Shown: positions 57,793-64,000 of the stretch, one piece after another | How the letters are laid out: every line of letters begins with the position of its first letter | How positions within the stretch are numbered: position 1 is the first letter of the stretch | IMG/VR virus record: IMGVR_UViG_3300033489_000004 | Coordinates: 39,403-103,402 of that record | Source: a virus | Reading direction: 5' to 3' (one strand) | Length of the DNA: 64,000 bases | The notes under the pieces: model-generated | Seen by the model: only the letters and a program-made list of their open reading frames with translations | Told to the model about the DNA's origin: nothing | Database searches by the model: none | Position numbers and translations under genes: made by a program

Positions 57793-59580
57793 CTAACTTA
57801 TGGGAGTTCCCGGCTCTACGTTTCCGACAGGTTCCGGAGGTTCCAAATCAAAAGTATCTAAAGTTATCTCCCAAGACCCATTTTCCAGATTCATAGTGCT
57901 ACTTAGTCCTGTTATCAATGCCTTTGTATTTATCTTAGTTCCATTTTCAAAAATATCCACTATATGACCAACATCATACCTATTTTCCCCATACACAGTA
58001 AGACTTATGGTGTTATTATGTATATTAGACCAAAAATCTATTAGCCTTGCCATTTCCGCACATTGCCCCTCATTTTCAAGAGCTTCATCAGAATGAGTTG
58101 CTATTCTTATTTGTCCTCTCATTGGGGTAAGAAAATGGTTTGGTTCAAAACTTGCATTAACTATCTTTAATTCATCATAATCAATTTCTGTTCTCCCCGG
58201 TACATGTTCTACCCAAGAAGTGGGTACTCTAGAGTGTATTTGATTCCATCTATTACGAGCGGCTAGAGTAAAGAAATTTCCTACCCATCTATCCGAAGGA
58301 GATCTTCCTCCATAACTCCACCTTTTAACTTTATAGTAGTTTCCGCTTTTACCTATTATTTCGTCCCCCCACACAGGGGCAGAGGTATTTGTTATAAATG
58401 ACCTAATAAGCCCTTCTTGAATCTGAAAATTCTTAACCGCATTATAACATTTCATACCATAATAGTTAGCACCACTTCCACGTCTTTCCGTAGGTATCCA
58501 AGATATGTTGTCCCAGCTATCAGATTCACCAGCAGACATTCCAGCTACCCAAGACTTAAAATTATTCCAATCATCGTCATTATGCCAGTGATAAACCCCA
58601 CCAGATTGCTTTGATTTATTACCAAAACAATAATTATGTGTAATTTGTCTATTTTGATAATCAACATGTTGTATATCCTGTGGGGGAATAATGTTAATAT
58701 TACCAACTCCTCCTAGAGTTTTGCCGTAAACTAGAAGTTTACTTCTAGCATAAGTATCTATAAGTCTTCTACTTACATTGTTTATATGGATACCCTCAGT
58801 TATCATATACTGAGAATTAGGAATAACCGATCCACTAATTGGGGCGTGTTGAAAATGAGGTATTCCATCAACATCAAAATACAAAGAATACCCAACTATC
58901 TCTTTTACTCTTGTTATGATATCAATAAGCATCATTTGAGACATTTCTTCAAGAGTAATCATAACTCCAGTAGATTCTACATTCCAGCTATCCAATCCAG
59001 CTATTCTAAACACACATTTTACAACTTCAGATAAATCATTATAGGCTACCCACCTATCTGTATTTTTGTATATTTCATTTTGCTGTTTATCATTTTGTGT
59101 GCAAAACCCAATAGGATAATAGGTATCTGGTATAATTGGGGGGTAAAGCGTTTGCTCAAGTAAAAGTTTTCCTAAATCTCTACATCTAATAGTAATCAAA
59201 TCTGGAGGATTATTAAATACTACCTCATCAATTAACCAAGTTCCTGTTTTTTCTAAAGAAGTGTCATATCCTTGATATGTCTTTATTAAAGTATTTGGCA
59301 CTAATGCCGGATAAGAAATATTTCCCCAATCTTCGTCATTTCCTAGTGGGTGCAATTCGTTATTAGGATCTAATACAGTTATTTCACAGGTAGCTGCATC
59401 AGAGGCATACTCTTTATTTATTTGTATAGACTGTACTCTTGGTAGAGTTAATTCTACGGCCCCTTGATTCAAAGCCCTATAACTTATCCCATTATTTGGT
59501 TGAAAGCCATGCTCTACTTCTATTATAGCTCTTGGATAAACTAGAATACTGCAAGAAGATTTCCCAAGAAACCTAGCCAT
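57793..59580 (-). CDS. baseplate hub / tail tip protein
   Basis: follows the distal tail gene; G...ID.V, I.CRD.GK.L, FD.DG...F, G....DVG..V.I. Confidence 0.7.
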   Translation of the reverse strand: MARFLGKSSCSILVYPRAIIEVEHGFQPNNGISYRALNQGAVELTLPRVQSIQINKEYASDAATCEITVLDPNNELHPLGNDEDWGNISYPALVPNTLIKTYQGYDTSLEKTGTWLIDEVVFNNPPDLITIRCRDLGKLLLEQTLYPPIIPDTYYPIGFCTQNDKQQNEIYKNTDRWVAYNDLSEVVKCVFRIAGLDSWNVESTGVMITLEEMSQMMLIDIITRVKEIVGYSLYFDVDGIPHFQHAPISGSVIPNSQYMITEGIHINNVSRRLIDTYARSKLLVYGKTLGGVGNINIIPPQDIQHVDYQNRQITHNYCFGNKSKQSGGVYHWHNDDDWNNFKSWVAGMSAGESDSWDNISWIPTERRGSGANYYGMKCYNAVKNFQIQEGLIRSFITNTSAPVWGDEIIGKSGNYYKVKRWSYGGRSPSDRWVGNFFTLAARNRWNQIHSRVPTSWVEHVPGRTEIDYDELKIVNASFEPNHFLTPMRGQIRIATHSDEALENEGQCAEMARLIDFWSNIHNNTISLTVYGENRYDVGHIVDIFENGTKINTKALITGLSSTMNLENGSWEITLDTFDLEPPEPVGNVEPGTPIS

Positions 59581-59610
59581 GTAATATCACCTGTTTCATT
59601 ATACCTACTT

Positions 59611-59958
59611 TTAATTTAAAATACGCAGCACCAGAGTACCTGTATAATAATGCTGTGTATTCGTGGCAAACTGTCTTTGAAGACTAAGAGACTCTATTAA
59701 AACAGTAAAAGAATCATTATGATCATCTACTAAAGTAAGAGTTCCGCTAGTGTTATACCAAGTCTCAAATTGTTCCTTTGCTGCTTCTGAAATTGCCACT
59801 ATCTCACAAGATTTAGTGGGAGTTTCCGGCTCTCCCTCTTGTAATACATCTTCACCTTGAAGTATACCGATATAATTTATTCTTTTTCTTCTGTCCGTTG
59901 TCTCCCCTATTGGATTTAGCTCGAGGGGGGTACCTCCAAGTGACCATTTAACTGACAT
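59611..59958 (-). CDS. distal tail protein-like
   Basis: size and position directly after the tape measure gene. Confidence 0.55.
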   Translation of the reverse strand: MSVKWSLGGTPLELNPIGETTDRRKRINYIGILQGEDVLQEGEPETPTKSCEIVAISEAAKEQFETWYNTSGTLTLVDDHNDSFTVLIESLSLQRQFATNTQHYYTGTLVLRILN

Positions 59959-62900
59959 TAGTACCTCCTAGCAACAAGACTTCTTGCTCTTGCTTCGTCA
60001 GCTATTTTTTTGTTAACGTTCTTAGACAAAACATCATCTAATTTAGTTAAATCAACATCACTAGATACAAATATAGTAACTTCTCTATTATCTACATATC
60101 CTCCACCCTGTTGTTGATACCCGCCTTGCATACTTCTTCTTATCTCATATATTGTTGGCAGGGTTATCCCAGGAAGATTAAAAGCTTCTCTTTTTTCACT
60201 TTCAGCTTCCTCTTGAAGCCGCATTAGCTCTAACCTTAACTGATATCCTTGTTCTCTTGTAAGTTCTGCACCTTCAGCCAATTTTCTTACTGCCTCTATC
60301 TGTTGCTGGACAGTTATTTCCCCAAGTTCTCTTCTCATATCAAGAATAGTTTTTTCTTGGTTATAGTAATCCATTCTTAACTGTTTAGCTTTTTCATAAT
60401 TTGCTGTTTCTTGTCTAAGTGCTTGTGCTTCCCCTTCCATATTTCTAACCCAGGGAACTTCTGCTTCTGATCTTTGTAATTCGGCCCTAGCTTTTTCAAG
60501 AGGCTCAAGAATCCTAGCTTCTCTTGCTTCATCTACAGCTTTCTCTAAATCATGCAAATCTGCGTGTTCTTGAAGCCTTAATTCTTCTATACGTGATAAA
60601 ATACCTAATTGTTTTACTTCATCTTTTTCTAAAGCAAGCATTTCATATGCGTGCTGTATTTCCATTTGTACTCTTTCTAGCGGTTTTTTCCTACTAGCTA
60701 GGGATAAAGAAAATCTAGCCTCTACTAATTGTTTGTTATATTCTTCTTGTTTTATTACAGCAGCATTTTCAGCTTGAAGAGCTGCTTGTTCTTCTTCAAA
60801 AGTATCCGCTGTTTCTTTTAATAATTTTGCTGTTTTAAAAGCTATAGCTATTCTTTCTTGTTCCGTTCTAGCTGCGGATTCCTGCGTTTGTAATAAAAGT
60901 TCCTGCTGTGCTACTTGAGCGTCTAAATAAGCTCTTTTTTTGTCCTCTAATACTTTAAGAGCATTATTTTTTTCTACTGCTCCCCCAGCCCTATCTACCT
61001 CATTTTTAGCTATCTGTAATTCTATTTCCGCTATCTCTACCCCGCTTTTGGCAAAAGCTAAAGATAGTTGTTCTTCAGACCTTACTTGATTTTTTCTCGA
61101 CTCTTTAGCCGCTGCCCCTGCTTGATATGAAGCTGCCTTAGCATTATTTAATTCTTCTTCAGTTGCCCTATTTTGATCATGCAATTTTTTAATTCTGTTA
61201 TATTCATCTGTTGCTTGTCTTTGTGTAGTTATAGCAGACTCTAATTCCCCTGTTCCCGCATATTCTGCAGCGGCTTTAGCTAAATTATTTCTAGATTGAA
61301 TAATAGCGGCTTGTTCTTTGTTAAATCCCTGTACTGCTTTAATCCACTCCTCGGAACCTTCTGGAAGTTTATTTAAAGCCCTATTAAAATTTTCTTGGTA
61401 TTCAGCAAAGGATATTAATCCAACACTATATTCATTTGTTGCCGTAGTTAAATCTATAGTAGCATTTTCCACAGCCTCGATTTCTTTTTTAGATAGGTTT
61501 TCTATTCCAGCTAATTTAGCTGCCATTTTTTCTTCTTCTATCATTGCTTTTATAGTAGACTTTTTAAAATCCCCCGACTTGCCCATCTCTTTTATCATTG
61601 CTATTTTTACGCCTGAATCACTTAATTCTTTTCCTGATTTCTTTTCATATTCTTTTTTAATCTTATCTTCCGTTTCCATATAAACTGCTTTAGCCTGAAG
61701 TTCCGCCTGCATATCTTGTTTTGTTTGTTCTAATGCTTGTTCTCTATTATCTAATAATTTTTTCATTGCGACTTTAGATTTTGTTTCTGGAGTAGCTTCT
61801 ATTCCCAATAATGCTTTAAGGACTTCCTTATTATGTTTTTGCCAAGCTTCCATTCTTTCTTTTGCACTTTTTGCTTCCGCAATTTCTGGTCTAAGTGCTC
61901 CAGCAACATCTAATGCTGACGCCGCTCTACCGGGCACAACTGCTGGCCCTTTTATAAACGCGGTTGTTCCTGCGGCATAGCCCATTTGGGCTACTTCCCC
62001 TACTCCCGCTTGTACCCCCCCTGGAGCTGGGATAGGTAAAGTAATTTTTCCAGGAATATTGTTTAATGTATCAAATAAGCTACCAGCAGCATCATTAACT
62101 GCTAATACAGCTCTTAATAAGGCATCAAAAGAATCTACCATTTCTCCTATTGGATTAGTTACGTTAGATGCACTAGCAAATCTATCTATTGTAGCATTAA
62201 GTCTTGCCATTTTTTCAGAGGTGGTATCCATTATCAAAGAATATTCTATAGCTGCACTTCCAGCAGCTCCATAGGTTTCTTTTTGCATTGCCATATAAAC
62301 ATCTTGGTTTTTAAGTAGGGTTGCCATTATGCCCCTACTTCTTCCTTCAGCAGCTAATCTTACAATAGCCTCTTTTCCTGCTTGATTTTGTTTAGTGTAT
62401 GCTTTAAATAAGTTGTTTATTCGTTTTTCCAAACTAAGAGAAGTTCCATCAGCTTTGCTCATTTCTGCGCCTAAAAGTGCAAGTTTTCCTTTATTCTTTT
62501 CTAAGTATTCGGGAAGTCTTCTAAATAATGTTGCTACCTTAGATGGCTGTTCTCCTGTCATCTTCAAAGCAGCAGCAGATAAAGCCATTGTTTGTTTTAA
62601 ATCCCCCCCATAGGTCTTAATAATGCCACCAGACCTAGCTAATACTTCCATCGTACCAGAAATATTTGCACCATATTTATTCTGCAAAGCATTTAATTGG
62701 TCTACTACATCTATAAGATCTTGTCCGCGCAACCCCATAGAATGATAAAGAGCCGTTAAATACTTAGTAGAATCAGCTAACTCCATTTCTCCAACTTTTA
62801 CTGCCAGTATTGATGCCTGTTGCCCATATATTATATCTGTCATACTTCTTGTAGTTTTCCCCCATTCAAATGTAGCATCTATGACATCTGTAGTTGCAAC

Positions 62901-63551
62901 ACCAAAAGCGTGAGACATATCAAATATTTGGGTTGTTATTTTACCCATATTAGTCGCATCAATTACTCGCTTTAAATCTGCAAAATGTTTCTCTAATTCC
63001 ATACTCCTTTGAGTTAATTCAGAAACAGCTCTAACCGTACCAAATACTGCTCCAGTTGCTATTGTCCATAAAGCTACCTTACCAATAATGGACCCTAGTG
63101 TATCCGCACCAGTAAAGGCATCGGTAAACCCTTTTTTGGCCTTTACTCCCGCTTGTCCAGTATCTCTTAAATATTGATTTACTTTACTTTGTACTTTAGC
63201 TGCTTCTCTAGCCTTAGTAATTGCCTCCGGGTGTATTCCTAGTTGTTTTGCCGCCTGTTGATTTATAGCTAAGGATTTCTGCTGCGTTGCTGTTAAGTTA
63301 CTGGTAGCAGCATTTCGTTTATTTAGTGCTGCTGCTACTTCATTTACCTGCTTACCAGTTTTTTCAGCCTCTTTGCCTACTGCCGACATCTGTGTTGCAG
63401 CTTGCTTTCCCCCTGCTGCTCCACCAGCTAATCCCTGCTGTACTCCTTGTTGGGCTTGACTCATTTTTGCTGGTAGGGTAGCTATTGCAGCGTCAAGTTG
63501 TTCCATATTAGCAAGAAACGAAATCACAAATGAGTGTGTTGTATCCGGCAT
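59958..63551 (-). CDS. tail tape measure protein (TP901-like core)
   Basis: 1197 aa, Ala/Glu/Lys-rich helical; downstream of the chaperone frameshift. Confidence 0.88.
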   Translation of the reverse strand: MPDTTHSFVISFLANMEQLDAAIATLPAKMSQAQQGVQQGLAGGAAGGKQAATQMSAVGKEAEKTGKQVNEVAAALNKRNAATSNLTATQQKSLAINQQAAKQLGIHPEAITKAREAAKVQSKVNQYLRDTGQAGVKAKKGFTDAFTGADTLGSIIGKVALWTIATGAVFGTVRAVSELTQRSMELEKHFADLKRVIDATNMGKITTQIFDMSHAFGVATTDVIDATFEWGKTTRSMTDIIYGQQASILAVKVGEMELADSTKYLTALYHSMGLRGQDLIDVVDQLNALQNKYGANISGTMEVLARSGGIIKTYGGDLKQTMALSAAALKMTGEQPSKVATLFRRLPEYLEKNKGKLALLGAEMSKADGTSLSLEKRINNLFKAYTKQNQAGKEAIVRLAAEGRSRGIMATLLKNQDVYMAMQKETYGAAGSAAIEYSLIMDTTSEKMARLNATIDRFASASNVTNPIGEMVDSFDALLRAVLAVNDAAGSLFDTLNNIPGKITLPIPAPGGVQAGVGEVAQMGYAAGTTAFIKGPAVVPGRAASALDVAGALRPEIAEAKSAKERMEAWQKHNKEVLKALLGIEATPETKSKVAMKKLLDNREQALEQTKQDMQAELQAKAVYMETEDKIKKEYEKKSGKELSDSGVKIAMIKEMGKSGDFKKSTIKAMIEEEKMAAKLAGIENLSKKEIEAVENATIDLTTATNEYSVGLISFAEYQENFNRALNKLPEGSEEWIKAVQGFNKEQAAIIQSRNNLAKAAAEYAGTGELESAITTQRQATDEYNRIKKLHDQNRATEEELNNAKAASYQAGAAAKESRKNQVRSEEQLSLAFAKSGVEIAEIELQIAKNEVDRAGGAVEKNNALKVLEDKKRAYLDAQVAQQELLLQTQESAARTEQERIAIAFKTAKLLKETADTFEEEQAALQAENAAVIKQEEYNKQLVEARFSLSLASRKKPLERVQMEIQHAYEMLALEKDEVKQLGILSRIEELRLQEHADLHDLEKAVDEAREARILEPLEKARAELQRSEAEVPWVRNMEGEAQALRQETANYEKAKQLRMDYYNQEKTILDMRRELGEITVQQQIEAVRKLAEGAELTREQGYQLRLELMRLQEEAESEKREAFNLPGITLPTIYEIRRSMQGGYQQQGGGYVDNREVTIFVSSDVDLTKLDDVLSKNVNKKIADEARARSLVARRY

Positions 63552-63594
63552 TATTACTCACCTACTTTCTGTAGGTATTCCATATTAGTCCTTT

Positions 63595-63888
63595 CTAATC
63601 CACCTGGACAAATTGATCATAATTACCCCGTCCCTTTTTACCAAACCTGCTATCAAACCATTTTTTAAGCTTTTGATCATCCATCCAAATACTCTTTGGT
63701 GGTCTGTCTTCATCAGATAAATGCTCATACCAACTTAAAACTGTTTTAGCGTGCTCTATAGCTCTTGTTATTGTCCAGGGTAGTTCTAGTATCTTTGTTA
63801 TTCCTTCTGGAAATAACGTATCCAAGTTATTAAAACTTTTTGCGATGCCAATTAAATTTAAAAAGACATCACTATGAGCTAGTTTTTT
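63595..63888 (-). CDS. tail assembly chaperone, frameshifted C-terminal part (GT-like)
   Basis: -1 frame open from slippery A AAA AAC (63888-63882) into the 63595-63825 ORF; PP..IW.D...L..WF motif. Confidence 0.8.
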   Translation of the reverse strand, partial: KKLAHSDVFLNLIGIAKSFNNLDTLFPEGITKILELPWTITRAIEHAKTVLSWYEHLSDEDRPPKSIWMDDQKLKKWFDSRFGKKGRGNYDQFVQVD

Positions 63889-64000
63889 ACATCATTCTCC
63901 GACATATTACCTCGTAGAGAATAATACTTGTCTATTAACTGCATATAAGTATCCCCGAAGATATTATCCTTCATCTCAGAGACAGAATTAAATAGCCTCT
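63879..64000 (-). CDS. tail assembly chaperone, N-terminal ORF (partial)
   Basis: ...RLFNSVSEMK...ENDVKN*, ending GTA AAA AAC TAG. Confidence 0.75.
   Translation of the reverse strand, partial: RLFNSVSEMKDNIFGDTYMQLIDKYYSLRGNMSENDVKN

Noticed and set aside
1-64000. Genome-wide TGA reassignment as the explanation for the 5399 TGA
   Set aside because: Long genes use TGG for Trp and have no in-frame TGA, and TGA ends genes with overlapping starts (e.g. ATGA at 15685-15688).
1-64000. CRISPR array, diversity-generating retroelement, retron or IS element
   Set aside because: No repeat-spacer periodicity, reverse transcriptase, TR/VR pair or transposase was seen by eye.

Overview
This window is an AT-rich fragment of a large tailed dsDNA phage (siphovirus-like) read in the standard genetic code. 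There are three transcription blocks: leftward small ORFs (1-4430), a rightward block of early, replication and recombination genes (4635-24312), and a long leftward block (24320-64000). The rightward block holds a beta clamp, tRNA-Leu, an SNF2 helicase, a tyrosine recombinase, RuvB and a captured hipB/5'-hipA fragment. The leftward block runs from the tail module (chaperone frameshift, tape measure, distal tail, hub, beta-propeller/fibre proteins) through a roughly 15 kb glycosyl/methyl/nucleotidyl-transferase island, nucleotide and RNA-repair genes and lysis genes. The most notable unannotated signals are: (1) a gene missed by the ORF track (5273-5644) with one in-frame TGA at a Cys position of its paralog, followed by a SECIS-like hairpin (candidate phage selenoprotein); (2) seven sigma28/FliA/SigD/WhiG-type promoters (TAAAG..GCCGATAA) alongside a separate sigma70 set; (3) toxin-less antitoxin modules (HipB plus HipS-like, and HicB); (4) two aberrant tRNA-like RNAs and two other structured RNA candidates, each with its own promoter; (5) a prfB-like CTT-TAG +1 frameshift candidate. 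Family assignments come from motif recognition by eye; no database search was run.
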